DNA of 64,000 bases, from the NCBI RefSeq assembly GCF_020745735.1, contig NC_083407.1, positions 93,549,857-93,613,856 on the forward strand, written 5' to 3'. Source of the stretch: Hemiscyllium ocellatum. Taxonomy: Eukaryota. The notes beneath the pieces are model-generated. The model was not told the DNA's origin. It saw only the letters and a program-made list of their open reading frames with translations, and made no database searches. Position numbers and translations under genes: made by a program. How positions within the stretch are numbered: the stretch's first letter is position 1; each line of letters starts with the position of its first letter. Positions 37,300 through 52,254 of this stretch are shown in pieces.

Positions 37300-40200
37300 G
37301 AACTGTTTGCCTCCAGCATTTGCCCCGAAGGAATTCACAGTGAAGCAATAAGTAGAAGATCCTCAAACTCCCCACAACTTGCTCCAGTAGGATCGGTATC
37401 AGCAGCATCTTTTACTGATACAGTACTTGAGTATTCCTGATAAAGATATATTCTGTTGAAGATTTTAAGCTTGCACTCATTAGAAAAACTTGCAACAAAT
37501 CTTAATGTAAAGGGAAACCTCAATACTGTATAGATTGAGAATGCTGATTGTTTTCCAAGTGGACTCTAACTGGTAGAGATGTTGCCAGATATAATACACC
37601 AGTTAGTAATGATTGACGGTCAACTCCAATACTTTGTATTTTGACCAAAGTTGCAGACCGAATATCTAAGAGTATTCAACCTTTAGGAAGAGCAGACTAA
37701 AGGAGAAAAGAATTGGGGTGGGATTGTTATTAAAGTATGGAATAATTGCAATTGTGAGAAAGAGTGACTAAAGAAAATGTTGATGTAGAATCTATCTAGG
37801 TGGAACTAAGAATCTACAAAGAATGGAAAATTATTAGTGGGAGTTATCTACAGACCTGCAAAGAAAATGATGAGATAAGTGTTGATATTAAAGCAAAAGT
37901 TTGGGATGCATGCAACAAAAAGGGTGCGTGATTAATTGTGGATGACTGGAATCAACATATAGGAGGAGAAAGTGAGGACTGCAGATGCTGGAGATCAGAG
38001 CTGAAAATGTGTTGCTTTTCCAGCAACACATTTTCAGCTTGAATCAACATATAGTCTGGTCAAACCAATTTAGCACTATCACTGCAGTGGGTGAATTTCT
38101 GAAGAAAGTACAAGGTGATTTTAGGGATTGAAATGTTGAGCAACCAACTCAAGGGCAGGCTATTCTATACTTGTTCTCTGCTGTAAGAGGGGGTTTACTT
38201 AATAATCCTACTGTGAGAGGTCCTTTAGGAAAATGTGAGCATGATAGAATTCTTCATTAGGATACAATGTGAAGTGATTTGATCTAAAAGCAAGGTCTTA
38301 AATCTAAATGAAAAAAACTACAATGTATGAGGCATGAGTTGGCTGCAATAGCTGGGCAACTTCATTAAGAGATATAACAATGGATTGACAATAGTTAGTG
38401 CTCAAGGAACAAATGCATGCATTGAAACAGTTGTATGTTCCTTTTAAGTGAAAAAAATTACAGTAAGGAAAGTGGCCCAACTATGGCAAAAAATAAATTA
38501 CCCTTCCTAGTTATGTTCCCATCCAGATGCCTTTCAAATGTTGTAACCATACAAGCCTTCACCACTTCCTCTGCCAGCTCATTCCATACACACACCACCC
38601 TTAAAGTTGCTGGAAAAAAGTAGCAAGCCTGAAGATGGGAAGCAGTTTAGGATTCAGCAAAGGAGGCTCGATAGGTTAATTGAGAGAAGACAAAGAACAT
38701 ATGAGAGTAAGAAATATAAAAGGAAACTGTAAGAATCTCTGTAAGTACATAAAAAGAAAAAAATAGTCATTGAATTATCTGATCTGAAGTGGGAGAATAA
38801 AAATGGAGCGTAAGAAAACGACGATGCTATGAATCTTGAAAGGGTTTAGAAAAGATTTACAAGAATGTTGCCAAGTTGGAGGATTTGAGCTATAAAGAGA
38901 GACTGAATGGGTTGGGGCTATTTGCCTAGAGCATCAGAGGCTGATGGGTGACATTATAGAGGTTTATAATATCATGAGGGGCATGGATAGTGTAAATAGG
39001 CAAGATCCAGGTACAGGAGTCTAAAATTAGAGGGCATCTGTTTAAGGTGAGTGGGGAAATATTTAAAAGGTACCTAAGGGGTAACTTCTTTCATGCAGAG
39101 GGTGGTGCGTGTATGGAATGAGCTGCCAGAGGAAGGGATGGCGGCTGGTATAATAAAAACATTTAAAAGGCATCTCGATGGCTAGATGAATAAGAAGGAT
39201 CTGGGCCAAACAATGGCAAATGAGAATAGATTTATTCAGGATATCTGGTTGGCATGGATGAGTTGGAGTTTTCCATGCTGTTCAGTTCTATGTGTCCAAG
39301 ACAAGGTAAATAAACAACTACTTTAGTTCTATCTTCACAGAAAAAGACATAAATGGCTTTCCAGATATGGTAGATACAGAAGAAACAGTCTATTAGGAAA
39401 TAGGAATTGAAGGAAATTATTCTTAATATAAAAATAGTACTGGAGGAATTAATGAGGCTGATAACTAAAAGATCGCCAGGGACTGATAAATTACATTCCC
39501 AAGGGTCTATACGAAGTGGCCATGGAAATAATGCATACAATAGTTGTTATTTTCTAAACTCTGTAGATTCCGGAACAATCCAGGCAGATTGGAGGGTGGC
39601 AAATATAACCCCTCTGTTTAAAAAGGAGGAGATGGAGAAAAAAAATTACGGACTAGTTAGTCTGACATCAGCCGTAGAGAAATGCTGGAATCTACTGTTA
39701 CGGATGTAATAGCAGGACACTAAGTTAATACTAACAAGATTATGCAAAATCAGCATGGATTTATTAAAAATAAATCACGTTTGACACTCTACTAAAGATT
39801 GTTGAGGATGTAACTAATAGAATAAATTCAAGCAGAAACAGTGGCTGCGATCCATTTGGATTTTTGCAAGGCTTTAGATAAACGTCCACATATGAAGTGG
39901 TGTGCAAAATCAAAGACGTTAGGATTTTTGGCAATATGCTGGCATGGATTAAGAATTGGTTTTCGAACAGGAAACAGAGAGTAGGAATAACTTGTTCATT
40001 TTTCAGAGTGTAAGGTATTGATTAGTGCAGTACCAGCCCGATCTAAGCTTAGGCCCCAGCTATTCACAATATATATCAACAATTTGGATGAGGGAATCAA
40101 ATATACTGTTTCAAAATTTACTGAGGATGGAATACTTGGTGGGACTGTGTGTTAAGGAAGGGACAAAGAGACCTCAAGGTGACTTAGGTAAATTGAGTGA

Positions 40201-40990
40201 GTGGGAAGTTGCATGACAGTTGCAGAAAAAACACGGATATGTGTTAGGTCGTCCATTTTAGTAGGAAAAACATGATGGCAGAATATTATTCAAATGGTGA
40301 TAGATTGAGAAATGCTGATGAACAAACTGACCAGGGTGCCCTTTAACACCAGTCACTGAAAGTAAGCATATACATTGCAGGAAACAGTTTGGAGGACAAA
40401 TGGTATGTTGGTCTTCATTAAATGCAGGAGCAAGAAAACCTTATTGCAGCTGCGCTGAGATTTGATAAGACCACACTGGAAGTACGGTATACAGTTTGAT
40501 CTCCTTACTTAAGATATATCTAAAAATATAATTGCTAAAGAGGGATTGCAGTGAAGGTTCACTAGACTGATTACTGAGATGGCAGGTATATTGTTTGAAG
40601 AGACATTGAGTTAACTAGACGTAAACTGGTGTTTAGAAGAATGAGTGGAATCTTATAGAAACATATATAATCTTGACAATGTTGGATTGACTGGATGTGA
40701 GGATAATATTTCCCCTGGTCAAGGGGTCTAGAAGAAGAGATCACAGTCTCAGGATGCAGAGCAGTCTTAGTCAGACTAAGATGAAGGGAAATTTCTTCCC
40801 TCATAGGTGATGATCTATACAATTTTCTATGGTATCTTTGGGAGCCAAATCTCTGAATATGTTTCTCCCATGCAAATGTAGATATTTCTAGAGACTAAAT
40901 ATGTCGCATGATATAGAGGATCACACTGAATGTCTGAATGATTCGATGGACTGAACGGCTTACTACTTCTCATATTTTCTATGTTTTTGG
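37300..40990 (+). mobile_element. Old decayed CR1-type LINE with nested PLE fragment (about 37963-38040) and nested LINE pieces
   Basis: Remnants of endonuclease and RT motifs (SPGTD, DWRVANITPLFKK, SLTS); TSD gaatcaacatatag flanks the PLE fragment. Confidence 0.7.
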
Positions 40991-41948
40991 ACTTGTTTAA
41001 ATTATAAACCAGTCAGGTTACCTCTGATTGGCCATTTCATTGAGAAATGAACCAGAAGTTGGCTATCTCCTGTTTTGTTAAGTTCAAGTAGATGCAATGG
41101 GCTTACATATTCTCTCTGTCTTCAAAGAACACAATTCTATTCCTAATATGAGAACATTATAGAATGTAACAGGTACTGCACTACAAGCCTAACTGGTGCT
41201 CCTGAAGTAATGTCAACATAGAAGATAGCACATTCAGGATTATTTAGTAAATGCTGTCCAATTAGAGAATTATAGCTAATAAACTGCAAATCATGCTGAA
41301 CATTATGCAATCATTAGATAGCATCCCCATTTCTGACCTTATGATGGAAGGGAGGTCGTTGGTGAAGCTGCTGAAGATGGTTGGGCCTAGATCACTACCC
41401 CGAGGAACTCTTGCAAAGATGTCCTGGAGGTAAGGTGACTGACCTCCAACAACCATAACCATCTTCCTTTGTGCTGGAAATGCTTCCAACCAGTGGTTGG
41501 TTTTCTCCCTGATTCTCCTTGACTTCACTTTTTCTAGGGAACCTTGGTGCCATACTTGGTCAAGTACTGCCTTGAAACCAAGCAGTCATTCTCACCTCAC
41601 CTCTGGAACTCTAATCTCAGTGCTGGAATTCAGCTCCTTTGTTCACAACTGGAACAAGTCTGTAATGGGATCGGGAGCAGAATAACACTGACAATATACA
41701 AATTGGACATCAATGACCAGGTTATTGTTAAGCAAATGCTGTTGGATAGCACTGCTGAAGACACCTTCCATCACTTTACCTATGATTGAGGGAGGAGAGA
41801 TGGGATGGTAATTAGCTGGGTTGGATTTATCCTGCTTTATGTGTGCAGGACATATCTGGGCAAATTTTCACATTTTCGGATAGACATCAGTGTTGTGGCT
41901 GTGTTGGAAAAGTCTGGTTAGGGGCATGATAATTTTAGAACATATCTA

Positions 41949-42935
41949 CTTTTTGTCATTTACATAAATGATTTGGATGCGAGCATAAGAAGTGCAGTTA
42001 GTAAGTTTGCGGATGACACCAAAATTGGAGGTATAGTGGACAGGAAAGAGGGTTGCCTCAGATTATAACAGGATCTGGACCAGATGGGCCAATGGGCTGA
42101 GAAGTGGCAGATGGAGTTTAATTCAGATAAATGCAAAGTGCTGCATTTTGGGAAAGCAAATCTTAGCAGGACTTATACACTTAATGGTAAGGTCCTTGGG
42201 AGAGTTGCTAAACAAAGAGACCTTGGAGTGCAGGTTCATAGCTCCATGAAAGTGGGATCACAGGGAGATAGGATAGTGAAGAAGGCATTTGGTATGCTTT
42301 CCTTTATTAGTCAGAGTATTGACTACAGGAGTTGGGAAGTCATGTTGCGGCTGTACAGGACATTGGTTAAGCCACTGTTGTAATATTGCATGCAATTCTG
42401 GTCTCCTTCCTATTGGAAAGATGTTGTGAAACTTGAAAGGGTTCAAAAAACATTTGCAAGGATGTTGCCAGAGTTGGAGGATCTGAGCAACAGGGAGAGG
42501 CTGAGCAGGCTGGAGCTGTTTTCCCTGGAGAGTCGGAGGCTGAGGGGTGACCTTATAGACGTTTACAAAATTATGAGGGGCATGGATAGGATAAATACAC
42601 AAAGTCTTTTCCCTGGGTTTGGGAAGTCCAGAACTAAAGGGCATAGGTTTAGGGTGAGAGGGGAAAGATATAAAGGAGACCTAAGGGGCAACTTTTTCAC
42701 GCAGATGGTGGTACATGTATGGAATGAGCTGCCAGAGGATGTGGTGGAGGCTGGTACAATTGCAACATTCAAGAGGCATTTGGATGGGTACATGAATAGG
42801 GATGGTTTGGAGGGATATGTGCCGGGTGCTGGCAGGTGGGACGAGATTGGGTTGGGATATCTGGTCAGCATGGACAGGTTGGACCGAAGGGTCTGTTTCC
42901 ACGTCTGATATATCTCTATGACTCTATGACTCTAT
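41949..42935 (+). mobile_element. 5'-truncated HER1/CR1 LINE nested in another decayed LINE (about 41250-43170, minus strand)
   Basis: FADDTK…LYRTLV.P…WNELP; (CTATGACT)n tail. Confidence 0.85.
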
Positions 42936-44159
42936 GCCTTTGGTACTATTGTCAGAATCTTGTCAGGGTCCACATCCTTAGCAGTATCCAGTGTCGTCCG
43001 TCACTTCTTGGTATTATTTGGAGTGAATTGAATTGGCTGAAGACTGACATCTGTGATGCTGGGGACCACTGGAGGAGGCTGAGTTGAATCATCCAATCGA
43101 TCATTCTGGCTACAGACTGTTGCGAATGCTTCACCCTCAATCCTTTGTATTGATGTACTGAGCTCCCCATCATGTCAGATCAAAGAGAGGAGTGTTAATT
43201 ATGAACCACATGCACGTTTGCTAATCTTGTGCACTGCCTGTGTTGGTGTGTTACTTATACTTTAAGTCCTAGCAGTTGGACCATGTATTTTCACCTCGGT
43301 CAGCTGTTACTTCATTACTTCAGCTATGGTACCTGACCAGACAAGTGAGTGCCACTTGTTCCTGTTATAAAGCTTAAAACAGACAAAATATCCACTTGAA
43401 TAAATAAACTCAGTGAGAATCAAATCAACTGTATCAATATTTTTGATCAAAACAGTAATTTCTCTGAGCAATGCCTCTGGTACCTTTCCTAATGCAATTA
43501 CAACATCTATTCTAGATATTTCGTCTGATGCTGGAGTATGCTGTACTATACAAGCCGCCTTGTGTGCATCACCACCAGATTTTCCGCTATTCTGAAACTC
43601 TTGGTAGAATTTTCCTGGCCCTGAATAATACATACAATGAAGAGTCAGTTGAGAAAATATGGCAAAGTTGAAAATTTAGATTCATGACGTTGAGAGAAAA
43701 ACATTTCCTAAATTTTCTACCCACTGTTTTAATAGTCAGACAAGATATTGCTTGTGCATGGAGGGAAGAGTATCTCTATCAACATCTCACTACTACCCAC
43801 CCTCACCTCATTAACAAGCAGTTTGCTATTCCTTCATGTGGTAGAAAGAAAGATGGCAACAGCTTCTGACATGCAAGTCAGAGCGGGTGCCTGGGAGCTC
43901 CAGCTCACAGCTTGCTCCTGCAGGTCTCCATCTTTGCCTGGAGTTCCCAACATCTCAGGGCACACTCCAAGAGCAGTGACTGCCTGCCTTCTTCATCCAA
44001 GGAAGTTGGCATCAGATATGCACTGGCCTCACCACATCATCGTGGCTCGTCTCCAACTCACTTAGAACACAGTTCATGACTTCATTGCTGCTTTTCGGAG
44101 CATTCCAAAGCCTTTCATCATAATGCAGCTGCCAGTCCTCTTTTCACGCAGGCAGAAGC

Positions 44160-44880
44160 ACCAATCAAGAGCTTATCAATCTCTTTCTTAAATATACTTA
44201 ATGACTTGGTCTCCACAGCTTCTGTGGCAATGAGTTCCACAGATTAATCACCATCCTGCTGAAAAAATCCCTCCTCATCTCAGTTCTAAAGGGTCGTCAC
44301 TTCACTCTGAAGCTGTCCCCTCAGGGCCTTGTCTCTCCTACTAGTGGAAACATCTTCTCTACATCCACTGTATCCAGGCCTCTCAGTATTCTGTAAGTTT
44401 CAATCAGATTCCACCCCACCCCCCTCATCTTTTCGAACTCTATTGAGTACAGTCACAGAGTCCTCAACCGTTCCTCTCATAACAAATTCTTCATTCCTTG
44501 GATCATTCTTGTAAACCTCTTCTGGACCCCATCCAATACCAACACATCCTCCCTCAAATATGAGTCCCAAAACTGCTCACAGCATTCCAAATATAGCCTG
44601 ACCAGAGCCTTATACAGCCTCAGCAGTGCATCCCTGCTCTGGTATTCTAAACCTCTTGAAAAGAATGGTAACATTGTATTTTCCATCCTAACTACCAACT
44701 GAACCAATATGTTAACCTTAAGAGAATCCTGAACTAGGACTCCTTCATCCCTTTGCAAAGAGATTTCTGAAGCCTTTTCCCACTTAGAAAATAGCCTATT
44801 TTTCCTAACAAAGTGCATAACCTCACAAATCCCCATCCTGTATTCAATCTGCATTTCTTTTCCCACTCTCCGAGCCTGCC
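44160..44880 (-). mobile_element. Decayed CR1-type LINE fragment
   Basis: LYKALVRL.LE…VQKRFTRMI on the minus strand. Confidence 0.75.
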
Positions 44881-45049
44881 CTAGTCCATTAGCTGCCTCC
44901 CACACCACCTCCCACCCGTCCCCCCAACACCCTCCACCCTCCCAACTCAGCATCTTTACCACCAGTATATGTGTCATTGTTGTGGCCTTTGTTTTTAACG
45001 TTAGTACAAAACTAGGCAGCTTGTCATAGAAAAAGCAGTGATCAGTCAA

Positions 45050-46707
45050 AAAGATGGATAGCATCATAAACAGCATCATACTATCTCAAGTTTATGCATG
45101 TGCCAGCAGTGTACGTGGCAAGCACAATGCATGTGTTTCCACCAAACCACAAAGTCTATGGGGACTGACTACTCTTCAGCCAAGTCAATGGGAACTGCCA
45201 TCAGACAAGGGGTCCCACTATATTAATGAAGGGTATTTTCCAAATTCAGTCTTGACACTCTTGCTTGGACCAATGGTCAGTTGGCCACTTGGGGCATTCA
45301 GAATAAGGGTCCCATATCATTACTGTCTGGGAGGTGGGTCACAATCAGTCTTTCATAGGCAAAGCAATCAGTCAGAGGAATAGCAATGAGTCAGTCAGGG
45401 TGCTGCACAGAGACAGGGGTCCAATCACGCATAAGTTGGGACTGTTGGATACAGAGGGGATAATAATTATGAAACGGCAATTCACCATATAAATTATGTT
45501 AAAAAAATTACATTTGATGCCTGAAATCGACACCTTCTCTAAATCAAGGAACGAAGTGTGCGGTGAGTTATGAGACCATGAGAGGCTGCTCAAATTCTGG
45601 TTCCTTGCAGACATTGCATTGAAACTGCATGCGCACAAATGGATAGGGTAAATAGGTTTAGGGTGCGAGAGAAAAGATATGAAAGAGACCTACAGGACAA
45701 CTTTTACACACATGTGTAGGGAATGAGCTGCCAGAGGAAGTGGTGGAAGCTGGTACAATTGCAACATTTGTGAGGCATTTGGATATGAATAGGAAGGGTT
45801 TGGAGGGATACGGGCCGAGTGCTGGCAGGTGGGACTAGATTGGGTCGGCATGGACAGGTTTAACCTAAGGGTCTGTTTCTGTGCTGTACATCTCTATGAC
45901 TCTATGACTCTAAATGTGAATAGCAAGGAAAGGGCAGACCTAGTGCTCAGAACGCATTCAGATTGAAACTGGCTTCGTGGTCCTCCCAATTAAAAATAAG
46001 ATGTTGCACCAATTCCCGGGTCTGGAGAAATATGAGAGAAAAAAAATCAAAGACAAAGAAAAATGGTTCTACTCATAAATCTTCTGTGCACGTCTGACGA
46101 AATTATCAGAGGAATTCAACAGGCAATTTGAAGAATTTGACGTGATGGAATATAGCGTCACGTTTGTCTCAAATCCATTTCTTCAAGCAGACATTGGTGA
46201 GTTGGCTATCAAATTCCATCAGGTATTTGATTTACGAAACAGGAGGTGAGATGAAGATAATTATTCTGCAAAATGACATTGAGTTGAAATTTAGATTAAG
46301 GGACAATGATTTATGAGTTTTGTAAAAAGAGAAAAATACATATTACTATCATCCTGTGCCTTTAAAATGAAAACTTCCTTTGACTCCACATATCTCTGTG
46401 AGACAGCATTTTCCTGAATGAATGTAATCAAGCCCAAGTATCACACAGATATCCATCTGATGTACTATGTGTGACTAGCTGCCTCAAACTGTAACCTAGA
46501 TTTCAAGGCACTGACAGAAAACATGCATTGCTCTGAAACTGGGCAAATAAAGGACAAAATGAAGAACTATGGATGCTTTGTTTTGGATTTATATAGCACT
46601 AAAACTTTTATTTACTTTGTTTTAATTCTATATTTTCTGAGGGGTAGATCTTGGGTTACACTTAAATTCAAATAGTGATTTTTGCTTAGAATGGTTGGAG
46701 ATCACTG
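45050..46707 (+). mobile_element. hAT (Charlie/Buster-like) DNA transposon remnant
   Basis: FLADI and F.STYLCETAFS.MN.IK.KY (about 46378-46442) dimerisation-domain remnants; TIR-like ggttggagatcactg at 46693-46707; interrupted by a LINE 3' end at about 45640-45912. Confidence 0.65.
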
Positions 46708-47364
46708 CACTGGGTATCTTTTCTTTAAGTTGTACCATTATCAAGCCACCTAAATTGAAATCATGGTTATTTTAACTTCAGAGCAAACACAGGAGTTTCC
46801 TAAAATTGGTTTCCAGTAGTTATCATGCCCAATTTCTTACTAAAAAACCTAATGTTCAGCCTCTACCCTCTAGCAGAACCACATACAGAACGATTGACTT
46901 TCTGGACTGGTCTGCCTCTCTGGACCACTGCAGCTGACCAGTTTTGATCCTTTACCATTTCTTTTTTCACGCTAAACCCCATATTCACTTCAAAGTTGTG
47001 AAACTGGATGAAAATACCTGTATGCAAAACAACTTGCAAACTATTCATCACCAAGGCCTATAAAAACTACACATTTATGTTTTTTGGAATATAAACTGGG
47101 AATTTGGACACTTCTGTGGTGCAGAGAATGAAGCAGCTTTTTTTAAAAATAACTGAAAGGTGAAAAATTGAACTGTGTGGTGTTCACTTCTTGGTTATAT
47201 AATGCAATGTAACTCGAAGAAACTGGATTCTATACTTTTGCGAGATAAGATGGAACCAGCTGTCTTTAGGTTAAAAATATCTGCCTAATTATAAGTTTTC
47301 AAATTAAGTTGTTGTGTGCCGCAGCAGCGAGAGAGGTTATGTTCAGACTGGCCATGGCTGAAGT

Positions 47365-47447
47365 TAACATAAAATGGCTGACCATGGTTTTTAGTTGACA
47401 TAAAAATGGCTGACCATGGTTTTTAGTTGACATAAAAACGGCTGAAG
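47365..47447. repeat. About 33-bp tandem repeat, about 2.5 copies
   Basis: Unit acataaaaatggctgaccatggtttttagttg. Confidence 0.8.
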
Positions 47448-47646
47448 AAAATTGTCAGCTGAAGCAATAATCTATTCATAGCAACCAGTTAAGAAATAAA
47501 GAGGCTTGAAAAAAAAAATCCACAATAGGATCCTATTAAGTAGAATGTTGCTATTGTTTGCACAGAGGTATGTTTGATAAGGGATATCCTTGAGAAGCAC
47601 TGATAGAAGCACCCCCTTACAAGCTAATTCAAAGGATGCCCTTTAT

Positions 47647-47925
47647 CGGGCAGCACGGTGGCTCAGTGGTTAGCACTGTACCCTCACAGTGCCAGGGATT
47701 TGATTTTGATTCCAGCCTTGGGAGAATATCAGTGTGGAGTTAGCACATTCTCCCTGTGTTTGTGTGGGTGTGCTCTGGATTCCTCCCACAATCCAAAGAT
47801 GTGCAGGCCAGGTGAATTGGCCATGCTAAATTGCCCATTGTGTTAGGTGCATTAGTCGAGAGTAAATATAGGGTAGGAGTCTGGGTGGGTTACTCTTCGG
47901 AGGGTTGGTGTGGACTTGTAGGGTC
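47647..47925 (+). mobile_element. HE1-type SINE, diverged
   Basis: Head and body similar to the other copies. Confidence 0.75.
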
Positions 47926-48309
47926 AAAAATTGAACTGTATGGTGTTCACTTCTTGGTTACACAAGGCGATGTAACTTGTAGGGAATCCACACTGTAGGG
48001 AATCTATTCTGTAAAAGGGGAAAAACTTGACTCACGTTAGTGAGGAACCTTTAGGTAATTGTAATCACGTTTTCATATATATTTTTAATTAATATAATAG
48101 ACAATGAGAGATTTAACTGAACTCTGTAGACAGACAGCATTAGACAGTAGGGAGAAGCCCCCCAGTCTACTCGCAAGGAGGAATGAAAATCAGGTGCAGT
48201 TGTCAGCAGTCTTGGAATGTGGTTAAATAAGATGCATTGTGAAAACACAATGATCTGTGTCTGGTAAACATCATGTGATCACGGGAAGATCAAGAACTGT
48301 CCGACAACT

Positions 48310-48505
48310 GAGCACAACAGGTCAGGCAGCATCCAAAGAGCATGAAAATCGATGCTTCAGACCAAAGGCCTTCATCCTGATGAAGGGCCTTGTCCTGAAA
48401 AGTAAATTTTCCTGCTCCTTGGATGCTGCCTGACCTGCTGTGCTTTTCCAGCACCACTCTAATCTTGACTCTAATCTCCAGCATCTGTAGTACCCACTTT
48501 CGTCC
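48310..48505. mobile_element. Palindromic Penelope pLTR fragment
   Basis: Inverted arms around ccttcatc/ctgatgaagggc; degenerate hammerhead core. Confidence 0.7.
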
Positions 48506-49127
48506 TGTCCAACAACTGATCAAGGCTTCATATGATTGACCTGATTGGATGTGTATGTAGTCAATCAATAACACGATTGGTTTGCAACTGGCTTGTAAGC
48601 GCCGAGGTGTGCTGATAATAAAAGCTTATGTCATGGAAGAAGTTTCTGGTCCCCCCAGAGAATTTCTTCCCACTGGTGTAAAATGATAAGGCTGTTTGAT
48701 ACAGGAAGTGGACTCCGGGTGTCGAGTGATTAAGTTACTCTTTCCACCCCCAGTTACATTCAAACCTCCAAGAAGCCTGCAAGCCAAGGCAGCCAAAACT
48801 GTCTCTGTGAATAGAAGAAAACCAGCATTCAAAGACTCTGAAAAGATTAAAATAAAAATCCAACTCAAGCAAATACTGAGGTCCACTGACCAGCTACAGA
48901 ATTAAGGATCATTTGCAGTCAATAACAACATAGCATCGCCGTCAAAAGCCAAACTAACTGTGAGAGAAAACATCGAATCTCATCCTCGGAGTTCAGTTCC
49001 CTGATGCACCACAATTTGTTCCTTTTTGTCTATGGTTTCCACCCAGGAAACAATTGCAGAATTCTGTCGTGTGTATCCTGTTTGTGAATGATTGTGTTAT
49101 CTGGATTTAAGTTTGCAAAATCATAAT

Positions 49128-49421
49128 TAAGATTAGATTCCCTACAGTGTGGAAATAGGCCCTCCGGCCCAACAAGTCCACACTGACCCTCCAAAGAGTA
49201 AACCACCCAGACCCATTTCCCTCTCACTAATGCACCTAACACTATGGGCAATTTAGCATGGCCAATTCACCTGACCTGCACATCTTTGGACTGTGAGAGG
49301 AAACCCACACAGGCACAGGGAGAATGTGCAAACTCCACGCAGTCACCCAAGGCTGGAATCAAACCTGGGACCCTGGTGCTGTGAGGCAGCAGTTACTAAC
49401 CACTGAGTCCCCATGCTGCCC
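49128..49421 (-). mobile_element. HE1-type SINE
   Basis: Tail-to-head copy on the minus strand. Confidence 0.82.
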
Positions 49422-52254
49422 GATCTTTTTTGCCACTTGTTTAATATAAGTTCATTTACAATAAAGTTTTGTTTACTCGTTTATCAATGGAACCTGATTA
49501 GTTTCTTTTGCCTCAGATAGCAGTCAAAGTCAAAAACCATCCTAGTGATTAAAATGGTTGTTTTAATATTGGTAAATGCTTGTGGAATAGCAAGGCTTTA
49601 TTGCCAGTGCACCCAGTGCTATCAGTGTGACAGGCTCCAGGCTCATAAATGAAACTTCTCCCAAACTTTGAATCATAAATGAAACTTTAAAAATGAATTA
49701 CCATTTCTTCCCATCCAAAGCACAAAATATATTTAAAAAAGAAATTAAATTCAGAATATACATTGTTTTAACATTCAGATTCAAAGAAATTTGATCAAGT
49801 TTCATCAAAAATTCTAACAATAGTGCTCTCTCTTATGAATTCAGATTTCAAAACTCCATCAACACAGTTTTACACTCATCTGTAGAAATCATTAATGGAA
49901 TTGTCCACAGAGTCACCTGGAAACCGAGCCTTTCTGTTAAATGTTGTTCGTTCAATACTTTTATTTGTTCCGAATTGAAGTAATTGTCAAAAGCTTTTCC
50001 AGCATCTTCCAAAGGATTGGTACTCATTTTAATATTCTGACAATTTAAAATATCATCTGTTATTGAACCTACTGGAAATCTAATTGTTCAGCTTCAGATT
50101 TCGTCTTTAAGTTTGAGGTCTTTGTCTTAAGAATACCACCTCTTTCTACCCTTGGTATCCTTTGACACATAGAGTCATAGAGATGTACAGCATGGAAACA
50201 GATATCCTAAACTAACCTAGTCCCATTTGCCAGCACTTGGCCCATATCCATCTAAACCCTTCCTATTCATTTACCCATCCAGATACCTTTTAAATGTTGT
50301 AATTGTACCAGCCTCCACCACTTCCTCTGGCAGCTTACTTCATACATGCAACACCTTTGTGTGAAAAAGTTGCCCCTTAGGTTCCTTTTAAATCTTTCTG
50401 CTCTCACCTTAAACTTATGCCGTCTAACTCTGGACTCCCCACCCCAGGGAAAAGACCTTGTTTATTTACCCTATCCATGTCCCTCATGATTTCATAAACC
50501 TCTATACTCTCATCTGATTGTGATCAGTTATCAATTTTAAGCCCAGCCAGCCATTCTAATTCCTCCTTTCTATCAATTTCCACTGAACCCACTGTACCTC
50601 ATCTTTCATTGGACTTTGTAAAGATCCTTTTTAATGGTGAAGCTAAATGCAAAGTACCTTAGTACCTCAGTCATGCTCTCTTCCTACATGTGTAAATCCC
50701 TTTTTTGGTCATTAATTGATCCTACTCAAAGGAACCTTGCTGAACAGGTCACCAGATGAAGCAACAATAGAGATATCAAGTAGCAACTCTTCTACAGCTG
50801 TAGCCAAACAATGAGGCTCCACAGCCATTGTGAATCCTTTCAGACCAGCTGAACATCCTGGACTTTACAGACATTTGATCCACAGCATACATGACTACTG
50901 TATTGTCTAGAAGATGTGAGCAAGACGGTAAAGAAAATGGAAAGGGTGAGTTTATGTAGCTTTAGTTTTTGGTTATTATTTTCAAAACCATAGGAAGTAC
51001 AAGAAGAAGATTGATAGAAGAGGCCACAGGCAATTATTTGCCAGGACGTTAAAGCAGGAAGAGCCCCTGGAAACCTCCTTACTTGCTCCAGTAGCCTTCC
51101 AGACATTCACCATTCAAAAGCTGTGTGGGAATTTGGATAAGAATTCACCACTGGATAAAATATCGAACACAGTAATCGGAAAGTACCATGCAGGAGGTTG
51201 GCTTTGACTCCTAGGCTTCTGGAGGCATGAATATGCCTGGAGAGACACCATTGAGTGAAATATTTATGAGGGAATACCATTGTTTTGACAAATCTTGTCT
51301 TAAAGTATCTCCATGTTAGAATATATTTCCTCTCATACACTTGGATCAATGACAAACCTTTGTACGTCATTGCTTCTATGTTAAAGATAGCTTGTGTGGA
51401 GGAATTCCCACTGGAAATCTCAATTAAGGTTCCAGGGGTATTTAACAAACCTTTCCCAAAAAGGATAATGATGAGGTCAACGCTAATGAAGCATGAAATC
51501 CTGAATATGCAGCATTGGAAAACCAGAGCCGTATTGCATTTTTCCTTTCCTTATTCTTTGATTGGGTATGGGCCTCACTATTTGGCACCCACCTTCAACA
51601 ATATATGAACAGAGCAGCTTGTTAGCCTTTTTCAGAGTGAAGTTAAGAGTCAACTGTTGGTCTGGAGTCACATGTATGGCAGACTAGGTAATAATGGCAG
51701 ATTTATTTTTCCCAAAAGGACATTCATGAACCAAATGTGGTTTTCACTTCAATTTGCAGTAACAGACATTGACAGAAAGGTATAATATGCAGGAAGTTGG
51801 CATGGTTTCCTTGGGCTTCAGAGACAAGACAAAGATTCACTGAAAAGGCTTGTAAAAACATACCATTGTCTTTCTGGGTCTGGCCTTAGGGGATTTCCAT
51901 GGGGGCCCATATTTCATCTCGACTCACCTGGACCCATGACAGGAGAACCTCCCTTTTGCAATGCCGTATTGAGACTTCTGATGAATTATCAAAATGAAGA
52001 ATGATTGAGCAAAGGAAAATGAAGCCTGAAATTCCAAATGACAGTCTGGGCAAATATCTGCTAAGTTCTTGAAAAATTACACCATGGCCTTGTCAAGTTT
52101 CCGCTGAAATGGTTACCACTGCCTGGAGTATCAGACACTGACAGAAATATCTCTCATTTAAGTGCATTCAGTACAGGAAGAGACTCTCAGGCAGAAATAA
52201 TGGGATTTCCGATAACTAGATTTCTCCACATTCTCAAATTTTCACAGTGAGGCT

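Noticed and set aside
47365-47447. CRISPR-like array
   Set aside because: A contiguous tandem repeat without spacers, in eukaryotic DNA.
50840-52200. Possible retroviral or LTR integrase remnant on the minus strand
   Set aside because: Only faint motif resemblance; too decayed to call without a profile search.
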